Assembly: GCA_035084275.1 (NCBI GenBank) | Contig: CM068748.1 | Coordinates: forward strand, 4,154,001-4,218,000 | Reading direction: 5' to 3' | Length of the DNA stretch: 64,000 nt | From: Hydrolagus colliei | Taxonomy: Eukaryota | In this document: one piece after another, positions 1-14,120 of the stretch | Numbering within the stretch: the first letter of the stretch is position 1 | Layout of the letters: each line of letters starts with the position of its first letter | Made by a program: the position numbers and the translations under genes | The notes under the pieces: generated by a model | The model's database searches: none | What the model was told of the DNA's origin: nothing | The model's input: only the letters and a program-made list of their open reading frames with translations

Positions 1-2547
1 GGAGAAATAGAAACAGTGGAAAATAATGATAGCTGCAGAGAGAGATCTCATACTGAACTGGCATGAGTTCAGTTTGTTACTTTTTTAATGACATCCCAGA
101 TACCTAAGGTGCTCAGCACTTTGCGTTACTCTAACTCGACAGAGGACAAGGACATTGATTGACACGCCATCTGGCCACACAGAAGTTACAACGCAATTGC
201 CGACTTAATGACTGCACCAACCAAATCAGATTAATGGTAGCGTGGGGGTTTCTGTAATCATGGTAGATTGACTAGCAGTTTTTAATGTCACTCCCCAAAA
301 TAAATCTCTCACCTGTAGAGCTATTTTAATGTTTAGTGTGCATTTTAAATCCGAAGCACCAAGCACCAAAAACCAATTAGAGAATTTATTTGCTTGTGTG
401 AATTCTTTAATGCTACGTCAATAACCTTATACTGCTATACAATATGGCCTAAAATGCAGCCTTTATTGACTGTCATAAAGAAGCATTAAAAGCAGTGTTA
501 CAAACGAGAGATAACATACTACGCAGGCTTTCTTTGCAACAGAAGCAATGTGCTATATACTGTAGAAATCCTCACAGATCAGTTAGCGTATTTACTCTAT
601 TTTCATACAAGTGCATTTCAACAGACTTTCCCCACAAGCACAACTGCAAGTATTCCACAGCCACAGCTTTTTGGACAGGTTTTGGCCATTAGCTGGAGTA
701 TTTGTTTCACTCCACTACATAATAAGTCTCTTTAGGTGCCCTTCACCCTTTATGTTAATCCGAGCCTGAATAGGGCTGAGTTTACTGCATCCCAGGCTGC
801 CAATATAATAGCAACTGCCAAGAAATAAACTGAACAGGGTTTCAGTGAAAGGCACAGGTGTGTCACACTGTGGGTGTCGGAAATGGACCAGAAGAAATAG
901 TCTGACTGGCATCACTTGGTTTCATTATCTTCTCCATAATTAGGCCACAGCTTAGATAGAACTTAACTTGTGCCATATGGGCTGATACTCCAGTGAAACC
1001 GACCCCCCGTGCTGGTGGCAGTCTGTCACAGTGAAGGCTGTCAGTGCTATACTAAGCACAACACATACATTAGCAAAAAAAGGTTCTGCGTCTCCAAGAA
1101 ATATGTGATTAAGCTTGAGGTTGCTGTAGAATCTGTAGAATTCAATATAGGCAAAAAACCCCAGCAGTTATCATTGTTTTTTTTTCAGTTATAATCTTTG
1201 AAGAACTGAATGGTTACTTTTGAATAACTTTTTCTATCGATTTCTATACAATTAATTTTTAGATATTGAGAGTAAATGAGGAGTAGAAAGGAATTTGTCA
1301 TTTTCGGCAGAATTATGCTGTTTATTTAGTGCGGGAGTCTTGCAGACAGTGATCCACATTCCTACACTGGTAATCGAATAGTTTATGCAATGGAGAGCAC
1401 TACTTGTATGTATTAAAAGCCCCACAGATTCCTGACTAATTAGCTATGTTCATTGGTATATTTTAAAATGAGGTCACAGCTCCGATAGAACAAAATTTAG
1501 CACAATTTTTTAGTTTAGCGCACAATTGGCTAAGACGAGGTGGAATTTCAGACCTACGATTTTGTTCACTCTTTGGTTGAAAACAAGAGCTCACAACTTA
1601 GCTGTCATTTTGTTCCAAGCTCCAGCGATGTTATTACCAGCATGCTGGGAGCCACTAACTATCTACAATAACGGAGCATGATTAGTCTGTTTATTTGACT
1701 TTAGTTCTGTACATACAGAATGGGAAGTCTCAATAGAAGATATATTAATGTTCTCATTACACACATAAATCTAGGTCTTTGAACCACAGGCCTTCAGGAA
1801 ATTGGGACATTATTCACATAGTTAAATAAGAAAGCGAAAACATTGAATTCCTTTGCTTAAAGGACATCTTATTCCTTTCAAAAAATAGTGGAATGGACGG
1901 ACCCATATCACAAATCAATTTATGTATCAAAGGAGGAAAAATTAGATAAAAATAGTGCACAGTGAGGAGAAACAAAACTCAAACCTGTCTGTCAGCTGCT
2001 GTGCAGAACAAGCCCTTGCCCTTTATAAACCTGTATATAGTTTACATTACTGTCTCCTTGTGGAATTTCAATTGGAAATCATTAAATAAAAGTACTGAAA
2101 AAAAGGTTCCACCTCCTTGTGGAAGCTAAGTTGTAAACTACTGTATTAAATTGAGGAGTGTAGGTCATTACAAATAGTGCTTAAATTTGGTTTGAGAGCT
2201 CTGTGCTTGTATAACATGAGCTCACACGACTGAACTCCCATAGGCTGAATGCAGGTGCTTATGATGTGGTAAATCATGAACAGAAGTCCAGATCCAACAA
2301 CAATGTGAAAAGTGACTCAGTGACTAGCTGATAGTAGGTTTGCCAGAACAGATTAAAGGATTTGATGAGGGGCTAGTTTGCGGTGGCAAAATAACTATGA
2401 ATAAATGAACTGGAAATTAATTTGGGGATAAATGTTTTGCAAAATTGGAGGTAATATTGGGAGAGGAGGAATCCTTTAAATAACTCCAGAACCTTAACAT
2501 GAAATTGGTTTGATATAAACGAGGGTAACAATAGGATCCCCAGAACC

Positions 2548-2597
2548 ATAGACATTTACAGCACAGGAGAAAGCCAGGTATCCCATGTGTCTGGCCT
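2548..2597 (-). mobile_element. Short CR1-type 3' tail remnant
   Basis: catagacatttacagcacaggagaaagccagg..cccat resembles the reverse complement of the CR1/V-SINE-type 3' end (compare 58508-58570 on +). Confidence 0.45.
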
Positions 2598-5500
2598 ATA
2601 ACAGAACAATAACCGCAATATAATATTTGACCACTTGTAGGCGCAATTACCCAACTTGGGGAAAATCAGGTGCTAAGTATTTTGTGAGTGAGAGCTCAAT
2701 GGCTTAAAATTCAAACAGTAGAGAATGACCCCTCCACCTGTCACTGTAAGTGGGCGGCAATGTACAGTATATGTAATATCACTGTTATTCCATTTAGTTA
2801 TACAGCAGGTGAATTGGAACACTAAAGTTCTTTTCTGTACAAGTGGAGTTTCATTCTCTGAATCCACTGTAAGTGAGTTATTTCTGTACCTCTGCTGCAC
2901 ATTGAAGTGACCGCCATAACAATTTAGCTGGCTGCATGGAGTGAATTGATGGCTTATCTAAATAAATGTGAGCTTTTTTAAAATTATTTCTACCGGAAAG
3001 GTTCTGAGTTTACATTTTCCTTTTTTTAAACAAAAATAGCAGAGCCAAATGAAGATCTATCTTATGACAGTGAAAGCAATAGGAAAACACATTTCCGAAT
3101 TTGTCAGTTCAATCAGGCTGGCACTCTTTATCTTCAAAACAACAGTCAGATTTTGCAACCATCTTGGTTCACATTTTTATCCAAGATTTAAGACATTTCT
3201 GCATATAGATCTCACTAAACCTGAATGATTGCCTACGTACTCAAATATTTACTATGATCAATAGTGAAAAGGTCAAATAATTATCATGTATGTTTGGACC
3301 GTGTGTGGTATTTAAGACAATTTATGCAATAGACTGACACACATTCCAATTAAACAGCCATCTGTTTGTATAAGTTACTTTTTATGGTTTTAATGATGGT
3401 TCTGTGCATTTTAATTATGTAGCCACTTTTAATCAGTCTGAAAAGTGACTCCTTGATAACAGGTTTGCCAAAATATATTAGAGGATTGGGATGCAATGGT
3501 TAGTTTGCTGCGTCTAAATGACTAATAATTGACTGAAAAGTAATTTCGTAATCAACTTGTTGCAATCTTATTCCCCAGATTTCATTAACATTCATTTTGA
3601 AAGATGCAAATAATGTTATCTACTGGGTGAGTAAGGGGGGGTACAATTATTATTTTCTAATTAATTGATCAGTTAATGAATCACAAAAGTGTGTAATTAT
3701 TTCATCCTTCATGGGACAATGGACACTTAGTTACACATGATTTAAAAAGCAGAAGATCATTCGAGAGCTGTGGTGATGCAGTTCCCAAAAATTTAGGTTC
3801 TGTATAGTCAAAGTACATCCCAGGAATTATTTGCGTTTCAATTAAACTGCGCTATTAGAATTGATTCTTCCAAAGGGCTGGAAAATTGTTTGCTCAGCAG
3901 TTTGTGCTTTCAAAGGCATGATAGTTAATGATATTAACACATTTGGTTTATTTGCATATTGTACTGACCACGTATGTGAACTATGCAGAAGCGGCAATGA
4001 GGGAGGAATTCAGACATAAATGGCAGGATAATTGAAATAGAAGAAAATAATTCCCCTAACTAAACTAATTTTGGGTCTATGGGGGAAAATATGCTATATC
4101 TGATGTGATCACATAATCAGATCAAGTACTGCAGATTTTCCCACTATATAGAGCATGTCTAACATAAATAATAGATTCCCTTCAAAATACTGATATACCA
4201 CAACCTTTAGCATAGTATGCATTTTTATGACTGCCTTACTCCTGCACTATTGAACCAATCCACTTTCATAATACTATATATATATATCTCCCTTAGCTTG
4301 TTTGTTTATTTTGGTTGATCTCTCCACCTAGAACATTGTTGCAAAGACAAGACCTATCTACTGAGTCAAGTTTCAAACCTTTACACATTTGGTGCAGCAT
4401 TCTCTGGCTGAATTTCACCAAAATTACACCTTCGTGCTGCAAGGTTCTGGCATGATATACTGTACAGCAACAACTGGCGTTTATACCAACGTTAGCATCT
4501 AGCCAGACTTGTGTAAACTACTGGCTGCTAAAAAAAAATATTTTTCCAGAGGTTCACTTTGATTTGCATGAAGAATAGTTCATCGTATTTTTCTACTTGC
4601 AGATGTTGCCCCAATGTTCTGTTTGAATTGACTTTTAAATGAAGCGTGTCACCATACTACATATGGGTGTAAATTACAGTGATTCATAACCAGATCTGTT
4701 AAAAAGTACATTGTGGGGCCAAATAGGGACTCCCCATAAGTGGAAATAAGTAATTGACACAATTTAGATCTCAACAAAGGAGATAGAATATATTTCCCAA
4801 ATTATACAGTATATGGTGTAATCAATGATCTCCAAGTATGTTGTGCTGACTGTGTTTCGAGTTTACCGGTCCATAGATAACCAAGGTTTTAACCCTAATC
4901 AATCACATGAGATTAGTTACAGGACACAATGTACTCATCCAATTGTAGCATTCCATTGTGTTAAATTACCAAAAACCTACCTGTAAATGAAACATTCTGC
5001 ATACTTTAAACATTGTGTGAAAATGTAAATAAAACGAAAAATATGTAAAATGGCGGTTAGCACACTGAAGATTCAAGAACCATAATGTGGGGAACATTTA
5101 TTGTATGTTATAATTATCAAATCAAACAATCCGCATTTCCCTCCTTTGTTTCTTTGTGATACAACTCCATTGGAACAGGTTAGTATCAGTGGAGAGAGGC
5201 AGTAAAACTGCGGGAGAAAATGCGCACCTATTGCAATTCTTGGTGGTTTCCACAGTCACTTAAGGGCTGCCTCATAGCATTGGCTCGCCAGTCACAGGGT
5301 AATATCCTCTGATTCTATCTACATGATACATTGCTTATCTATATGTACATCTTGGATCTCTGTACTTTTTGAGTTGCTCAACAAACACTTGTATTTTATT
5401 TGAAAAAAATCACAAAATAAATCATTGTAATTCAAGACAGTGAAGAGATCCCTCCTTAACATTAGCAGTACCACACTAGTGCACTTGACATACTTCCCCA

Positions 5501-6596
5501 CGTTTGTGCTGATTGTAGATTGAAGGAAAATGTAAAATTGTTCTTCAGATGCCATGTTGAGACACAGAAAGAAATAGCTTTAATGAAGAGCTCCCCTTGA
5601 TCAGTAATATGTCAGGTAACTTTTAGCTCTGCTTCATTACAACACTGCCTCAACACAATTTTCTGCTCATTTATGTGATTTGCATGTACTTGTGCTAGCT
5701 TATTGACATTAAATAGAGAATCCCTCTGAGGTGGAACATCTAGCAGCTGAGCACCATTATTATCACTCAGAAATGTAGTGTAATTGAAAATAATCGGGAG
5801 GGGGAAGGGATTAAATATTCCAGATTTAATGAGGGTTATATTTGTGTGGGATTATAGGTGAATGCTTCTTTTCAGAATGTGGCACCAATTCTGAGATTCT
5901 TATGGTTTACTGGTAATTAATTGTGAGAGAATGAATAGTTGAGACCACTTCTATTTCTTTCTTGGTATCTGTATGTATGTATTCTATATCTGTAGCTGTG
6001 AACAGGGTTATGAGTTTATATACGTGAAAAAAATTGGGCAACCACAATGTGTGTGTAAATCATGTAGCCTGGGCCAATGCAGTAAGTCAAAAGCTATATT
6101 TATATTCAAGGCACATTTAGAAATCTTTCATACAAATGAATGAAAAGCAAAGACACCTTTTTATTTTTTTTAAGGCGTGTATTTATTTTCATTATATAAT
6201 TCTTCAAAATGACCTTTATTATTTTACTCGTCAGTGTCAAGTGATTTATCATTTTACCAAGGAAAGGGACAGTTAGGTCACAGATGGGAAACTTTCAAGC
6301 TTTCAAACACTGCAATGCATTTGTAATATAATTTAGATTGTTTCTGATGCATGGAAATTAATATACACAAAACTCTATGCAAGGATAGTACCCTTGTAAT
6401 GATATAGAAAATTACAGGTTTCTTGAGTGTATAACGTTAAAAGCTAATATTTATTAATATTGGCAAATATTCTATAAAATAGAAATTAAATATTAATTTT
6501 TTTATTAAATGCTGTTTTATTTGGCTTTTAGGTGTTGGCAAATTAGGTTTGATGTAGGAAAATGCAAAGTAATTCAATAAGGCAGAAAAAGTGAAG

Positions 6597-6830
6597 AAAT
6601 TGTATATAGCTACACAGGTAGAGATAAAGCTATAACAAAGGCCAATGGGGTCTTGACTTTTATCCACAGATGAATCAAATATAAAAGCAAGGAAGTGATG
6701 TTCAATTTATATAAAGCCTTGGTTAGACTACATTTGGAGTACTGTGTCTAATTCTGGTCTATATAAGAATGATATAGTGACAATGCAAAGACTGCAACAT
6801 AGTTTCACAAGGATGATATCGGGCCTGACG
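6597..6830 (+). mobile_element. CR1-clade LINE ORF2 C-terminal fragment, decayed
   Basis: Manual translation across stops and frameshifts: KANGVL..FIHR*IKYKSKEVMFNLYKALVRLHLEYCV*FWS..YKNDIVTMQRLQHSFTRMISGL, matching the CR1 'LYKALVRPHLEYCVQFWSP' block. Confidence 0.88.
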
Positions 6831-9639
6831 TGATAGACTGAATAGGTGTGCATTATTAATAAAGGTAGAGACTGGTGAAAATAATCTTGCTGATCTATAA
6901 GGTTTAATGTTACCGGTTGGTTACAGGAAGACACATTTCGGCTCATTACATTTACATAATCTATTATATTTTCACGTAACCAACAATATAGTTTGCTCAA
7001 GGAAGACTAATTGCACAAATAAAGGCAACTAAGTATATCGAGCTGTGCTGTGCTACTCTGAGTAAATAATATTAGATCATCAAGGAATATCAGGGAACAC
7101 CATGAAATAAATCCTGAAAATATGTATTTATGTAGAATGATAACTAGTTCTACTGAACAACAGTTATTGGATTCACAACATCATAAAGTAACAATGAATA
7201 GGGAGTACTGTACATAGAACATATTGTCTTAGGCGCCAGAAAAAAAGTATTTCACTGAACTGTTTAGAAATCACTTTGAAATATGAGCAGAAAAAGATAG
7301 GGTAAGCAAAGGTGGTGCAGCTTAAATTATGTCAATACAACCGTACTAATTAAATAAGCAAGTGTGTTATTGAGGATTACAAAGGAAAGCTTCCTGCATG
7401 TTTTAAAGAGGAAGGATTTTAGGCAGTTAGTCATGATGAGACACATTAAGATAACTCAGAAAAATACCAAAATACTGTGGCCAAATCTGAAAGACAAGCA
7501 TCAAAACACATCACCAGCAAAGTGTTACTTAATTTGCGAGATGGTATTTACGATAGTTATTTGCCAACATGGACATAGAATGGAACATAGCAGTGGCTAG
7601 TAACATAAAAAAATGTTTAAGTATATCAATAAGGCAGCAAACTTGGAATCATATATTGTAATGTGCCTGAGCTGAACAGGAAGGGAGGGTTGCCAAATGA
7701 ATGTGTCAAAAGCATTTAAGATGTCAGGAGAATCAGCATGAGTTTCAACATTTTGATTTAAACCATTGGCCCCATGCTAATAGAGAAACAGTTTGAGATC
7801 AAGGGTAGAGTAACCTGGGAAGGAGCCAAGCTCTTGATTGAAGATCAGGGACTTGGAAAAACATTTCTCAGCTATAGTACATCACATTGCTGTGCTCATA
7901 ATGGAGAAAAAGACCAGTCAGGTCAGCTCATGGATTAAAGCCTTTCAAATGTTTACGACTGCTGATATCTATACAATGGATTATACAATAACACAAATAT
8001 GTACAACTGCCTATTTAAGAATACAGACCTTGAGGTATGGGATTAATTTCATCAGGTCTTCTGTTGTGGTGTGTAGACTAACATCTGGGTTTCATCCTCT
8101 TTGTTATTTTAGCCAGTGTTACAACCATCTTGGCATGTCCACATTGGGAAAGCATCAACATTATGTTCAGATTTGGCCTTCAATTAGTGAAGTCAATCTA
8201 AAACCAAGGTCTCACGTTAACTAGCCAAGCGGCACTTCCTGCAGTTCTCATAAGCCAGTTGCTAGGCAGTCCGGTAATTTATCTGTGAGTAGAAGAAATT
8301 ACAAGCACAATCCTTACATTTATCTATTATTTATTTACTAAAGGAATAAACAGAGCAAATATCTGTAAGCAAAACATCTATTTCTTAGCACAACTTAAAG
8401 TCCTCACCTATTCCAGAAATTGTAGGACAAATAATTGGGATTTTGGATTTCATATTAAGCAAATAAATAGAATGATGTAAAAAGCAATAAGCTAACTCAA
8501 TTGTGTTTTTTATTGACTGAGGCACTAAATTGCTTTACCTGGTAAAGCTGAACTGGATGTTGAATGAACTGGAAAAGAGTTTAGAGGAAGTGCCCATGGT
8601 GAGACTGGAGAAGGGATCAGGCCCAAATATTAAATGCAAATGCAGAAGTGCAAATATAATAATATTTGGGTTATATCCTGTGTTGAGGTGAAATAATGAA
8701 AATCAAAACAAGAACAGGAAATATTGAGGTGATTAATGTGATGATTCATAACAGATTTGGGTGCGTCACATTTTTCTTTTTGATAGGGGAAGAGGGTGTG
8801 AGGGTGGTCAGACCTGGTGTCTGGCATATGCAGTAACCCATCACCATGCTTAAAATCCAAACCAAACTGAGAGTTCCATGCATCCCACCTATACATGGAG
8901 ATTTGAGAGATGTTTATGGGAATGGTGTGTACATACTTTCCCTGGAGGGTTGCATCTTGCTTACCTAATTTTGGCAATATTAGATGCAGGTTGGCAAGTG
9001 CCAAGGCCTGCTTAGCTGATCCCACAGTGTGCATTGGGGTACTGCTAGAGTCTAACCATATAAAGCCACATAGTTTCCCACTGAAAGCACTGCTGGCAAG
9101 CTTTCCCAATGCTTGTCCAGCTAGACCCATATTACCCATTAGAATGGTTTGGCTTGCATGGTTAACAGAAGCTTAGTGTGAAGTGTCCCTGCTCCCAGTG
9201 ACTGGTCAGCCTTCCAAATCCTGTCTAAGAGCCTGGCTGTATTAGCAGTGCCCTGGGGCACTACGGACACACCTGGCTCAGGAACTGGATTACTGAGACC
9301 ACCACAGAGGGTGGGCTAGGTTCTGACATTCTGTTGCCAAACATGTCACCTTAGAGCCAGTTCAGCCAAGGAGGATGGTCAATAGTTTTCTCACTTGACA
9401 TCTTAAATTCAGTCTTTTAATTTGGAAATCATTTTTTTCTTTAAGAAATGCAAAAAATGGGCTTCCAAATTAAGACTGAAAGTAAGAATTTTCTATTATT
9501 CTGAAGAATTTTAAATTTTAAGACAAATTGGTCTTTCAGGCTATGACTCAGGTGGAATTTGTGGCTTAGTCTTAAATCCACCAGGAACATTTAAGGGATG
9601 ATCGATGATATAATGATGAAGTTCAACAATACAGTGAGC

Positions 9640-10193
9640 CTTATTCATTACTTTATTTTACAGAACACTTCCACTATAAATATAAGCATTGTTTAGAAGC
9701 TCGTAACTGAAAAGGAAGGAAACATATTTCAGTTAATGGAGATAATAGTAGACAGAAATTAAATGATTGTTAAGAAACTGGAGTACTTGAATATTCATGG
9801 AGTACCGGTGGCAGATGGAAAGCATCCCAGAGTAATAAAACAAATTAAGGCAGAGGTAAGGAATGCTCTGGCAGAAACTGTGCAAAGCTCATTGGATACA
9901 AGGGTGATACCTAAAGACTGGAAAATAACTAAAGTGATTCCAATCTTTTAAAAAAGGTCAGAACCATGATACTGGGAATTAAAGGCCTGTTAGCTTGTCA
10001 TCTATAGTGGGAAAATATTGGAGTCTATTATAAAGGAAGCAATTCAAGTGCATTAAGCAAGAGTAAAAGCAATAAAGGTAATAAATCCAAGCCAACATGG
10101 GTTTATGAAAGGCAGGTCATGCCTAACAAATCTATTGGAATTTTTTTGCAAATTTAACAGAGTTGTAGATGAAGGTAATATAGTTGACATAGT
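9640..10193 (+). mobile_element. CR1-clade LINE reverse transcriptase N-terminal fragment, decayed
   Basis: ORF 9763-9951 ends ...DGKHPRVIKQ...SLDTRVIPKDWKITKVIPIF. It continues through stops and frameshifts as RPVSLSSIVGK/LESIIKE...INPSQHGFMKGRSCLTNLLEFF...VVDEGNIVDIV, the canonical early CR1 RT motifs. Confidence 0.9.
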
Positions 10194-10672
10194 GGGCTAG
10201 GTATTGCTCAGGTCACTAATCTTAGCGATGCTGTCGAGGTGTGGAAGCAGGGCCGCAAATTTGAGAGATTGTTCGAACAAAAGATTTGTTGCTTCCCTCA
10301 GCATTCCTACCTCCACAAAATTGGCATATAAAAAGTAATGACAATGGGGAAAATGGGCCAATTTACCTTGTTAAAGTCTTGTTAAAGGCCATTAAGGAAG
10401 CACTCATCCAGCATTGTGCAGTTGAGAAAACATATCAACAGGGGAGTTGGTAACACCAGGTCAGAGCGGGTGTAAGTTTATTGATAGGGACCAGTTGTAA
10501 AGTAGAAATAGAAATGCTGGAAGTCTATTGCACATGGCATTTGCTGCCTAACAGCATTTTAGTGGCATCACTGCAATGGCTGGTACTGTAAACTATTGCA
10601 GGCTATTCGTTTTTTATATTGTGGCACTGGGCCTGGAGAACACCAAATTTATTTTCCTGAAACAATTTACTC
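10194..10672. mobile_element. Putative old non-autonomous DNA transposon (MITE) abutting the CR1 fragment
   Basis: CR1 similarity stops abruptly at gggctaggtattgctcagg. The imperfect reverse complement cctgaaacaatttactc lies at about 10656-10672. Confidence 0.35.
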
Positions 10673-11019
10673 ATTTGCTTTAAGATTAGCTCTAATAAAA
10701 ATAATGGGGAGGAATTCCACCTAGGTCAAGATTTACTCCACGCTCTAACCTTTTGAGAGCATTCAGAATTTTGGCAAACTATTCAATTCTTGAATTAAAT
10801 TAAATTAAATTCTTGAATGAAGTTTGTTAAATTATCTTTGAAGATGCCTGTCCAAGTTCTTGAAATAAGATCTGTGTAATTTAAAAAAAAATTAAGGCAC
10901 TATTTATGAATTTCTCAAATTCTGAAAGCTTCGAAATATTAAATAAATAAAATAAATCTGAACCCCATTGGAATTTCTTCCCGCATAAATCAGGATTAGA
11001 ACCTTTAGAGACAGAAAAA

Positions 11020-11585
11020 ACCTTGTGGTAAATGCAGTAGAAACCATCATTCATACTTTCAGTAACTTCTGTCTCAATTATTCCAACACCCTCCTTGCTG
11101 GTCTCCTCAGCTCCACTTCCCACAAAATACAAATAATCTCCAACTCTACCACTTGAAAACTCACCCATTCTAAACTCCATAGCCCATTCACACCAGTCCT
11201 CGCCAGGCTACATTGGCTCTCTATTCCAGAATAGATCGCCTCCACAATCCTTACACAAATCCCGTCATGCCCTGGTACCTCCCTACCTCTCTGCCACCCA
11301 CCAATCCGGTGTCCTGCTGGTCCCTTGCCCCATCCGCTCTATTATCGGCGTTCGTGCTTTCAGCTGCCATACCACACATCTTTAGAACTCTCTACCTGAA
11401 TCACTTCGCCTTGTCCCCTCCTTCCCCTTCATTAGATCATGTCTGAAGACTCTCTGCTTCGACTGTGCTTAGGATCACCTCTTCCCTCCCCCCCAGGTCA
11501 GTGTCATGCTCTGCTATTGCTAAACTGCAAACTCCGAGAGCCTAGCCTGAGTGAAGGATGCTGTATAGATGCAAGTTGTTGTTCT
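11020..11585 (+). mobile_element. L2-clade LINE 3' fragment, decayed
   Basis: Translation ..AVETIIHTF..NYSNTLLAGLLSSTSHKIQII..THSKLHSPFTPVLARLHWLSIP. It is C-rich and ends tgctgtatagatgcaagttgttgtt (L2 tail). Confidence 0.85.
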
Positions 11586-12159
11586 ATTACATTGTATTTG
11601 CAGCCTGTGAAATGTTAATTACGATCAGTGACAATTATTACAACACCAATAAATGCAGCCAAAGAGGCCATTTCATAACTACAGAATGTCCCTTTGTCTA
11701 GCTCATTTCTAATGACCCCTTTCCCCCAACTCACACCCGTTTCCTTAGGGATATCTGCATTTCACGTGAAGCACTTTCAGAAATCCTGCTGACATGAAAC
11801 ATGATGTATCAAATGCAAAGATAATTATTTATTAAGTTATCTGCACATGGGATGTGTATGTATTAGGCGGGGGAGTACATATTGTAGGCTCTGCATTCCC
11901 TGCATATGTGACAGTTCTTTTGAACAAAAGAGCAGTGATGATTGAGACAGGATGATTTGGCCCATGATAAACCTTACTGTCGTACATTAACTCATGAGCA
12001 TATTCATTGTAATTTGCATAACCGTGCTATTTTCACATTTATTACTTTCCATTGTAAATTATTGCTCACTTTCCTCTCTCAGTAGAGCTTTTTTGATCAC
12101 ATCATTTACACCTTTCCCTTTTATTCATGTCATGTATTTTCTGCAGTTCTACTGTGATT

Positions 12160-12291
12160 CTCTTCAAGCTTTCCAATTTCTCCAAACACTCACCTACCCC
12201 CACCTGCTCAACTCCACCACTGTCAGTTGTGTAAAGCGCTTTGGGACACCCTTCCAACATGAAAGGTGCTATATAATTATCAATTGTTGTT
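12160..12291 (+). mobile_element. L2 3' UTR/tail fragment
   Basis: tgtaaagcgctttgggacac...tgaaaggtgctatataa...ttgttgtt has the same tail architecture as 57115-57180. Confidence 0.75.
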
Positions 12292-12848
12292 CTCGCACAT
12301 TTCTCTGATGGTCCACCCAAGCTCATCATGAGACAGCACAGTCAAATGGTTACCTCCTGACGTGCCTACTGCCTACTTTGGAATATAGGGGACTGACATA
12401 TTCTGGTTTCAGGACAGTACAAGTAGAGCATGGCTTCTGAACGTTGTTTTTTGACTTTGTTGTTTTATTACAGCCTCTTACAGTGCTATACTCCACAGCT
12501 GGATTATACTTTTTTTTATAGGCCTAAATGGGATCATTAAGGTAGTTAAACAGTGTGAAATGCTCATCATCAAAGTGCCCTTGATTAGCTGCAATGCTAT
12601 CATTAGTTAACAATATCACATTTTTCACACTTACCATGTTGGAATGCTGTGCACTCCTGCAAGGTTGTTAACTTTAGCCTGTTCCCAATTGTTTAACATT
12701 AGAATATATTTCTCCTACCCGATAGACTCTGTATTTTGCTTCTTTGATCAAACGGCCTTCTTCATCCGCACTTATTTAGTGATCTTGTGAATTCTGTGAT
12801 GTTAAATATACTAATGCGCGTCAACTTCTCATTCTGAATTTATTTAAC

Positions 12849-12913
12849 TTTGAGACATCTCAGAGACGTGATAAGGCACTATATCAAATGCAAGGATTAT
12901 TATTATTATTATT
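12849..12913 (+). mobile_element. SINE 3' tail with (ATT)n
   Basis: tttgagacatct...gtgataaggcactatatcaaatgcaaggattattattatt matches the tails of the fuller SINE copies at 15302-15592 and 44018-44321. Confidence 0.75.
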
Positions 12914-14053
12914 TACTGCTCCATAGGGTCTTAAAATTAGCAAACCTTAATGCAAGGTAGTTCTAAGAATTCTCGTGATACTTCTCACTGGGATTAGTTG
13001 GGCCAATTTAAGACCTGATTTCAAGGTTAATGCTCATTTTTACCAATGGGAGTAAAACTGTCCACTCTATGCATTGTGTTCAAATTTGATCATCATTCTT
13101 GCAAGTAAACATTGATTCTTTGGAAAAGATCCAAAGGATAACCTTGATATTCACGGATCATGTAACACTGTGAGGTTAAAAGAGCTCAACCTATTCTTAT
13201 TGGAAAACTGAATATGGAGTGTGGACATAATCCAATTTTTTCAATTATAGACACAATTCATACTGTGACTCTGGAGCCATTCTTTGTGTCACCCAATTGT
13301 TCGTGACAATTGAGGAAGCTATGAGCTGTAGACACCTTGAGTTGTAACTTCTTCACACTTACAAAATGTTAACTTGTGGAATGCATTTCTACCTGACACA
13401 ATAATCACTATTTAATTGAAACATTCTGAGAGAAAATAGTTGATTCTTGATTCAATATAGCAACAAGCATGACAAGCTTGACTTGTTAACTTAAATGAGG
13501 CAATACACAATTATAAATGAGCTGTGTGGGTTTTGAATAAGACCAGCTCTGGCCAAATTATTCTCTCATGTTTCAACATTCTTATGCTTTCTAAAATATA
13601 ATTTATTTCCCTTCTTGAAAACCAATCAGACAATGGATCCTTGCGTATATATATAATATATAAATGCTTTAGTTAGTTATACTTTAAATGCACTCTTGTA
13701 ATTTGCCATGGCTTTGAACTGTAGAATTCCCCTTTTGATGATATACTCTATTGCTAAAGCATACAAATAACAGAACCTGTCAAGACAGAGCTTTTCACAC
13801 CTGAGTGAGCAATCTTGTTCCTAGTAACTTGATACTTGGATGAAGATACTTGTTTATAGTAAACCTTCACACATCCTATATTTGCAGTTTGACAGTATCT
13901 TTGTGTCATTACTCTATTTGACTTCAAATTTTAGTGATTCAGAAAAATTTATCATTAAAGAAAATGTCAAAGTATCAATTAATTGAGTTAAACTTAAAAG
14001 TACTGCCCAATAAAACTAAAAAAAGGAAGTATTCATTTGAAAATCAGAAACAA

Positions 14054-14120
14054 TAACAACTAGCAACAACTTGCATTTATACTGCACCCTTTACACGGGT
14101 AGCGTCTCAGAGTGCTTAAG
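14054..14120 (-). mobile_element. L2-type 3' tail remnant
   Basis: aacaacttgcatttatactgcaccctttacac...tctcagagtgctt is the reverse complement of the L2 tail. Confidence 0.6.

Noticed and set aside
7040-7640. Possible very old CR1 ORF2 middle fragment (..ASNIKK..KYINK..)
   Set aside because: Similarity is limited to a few residues; too weak to annotate.
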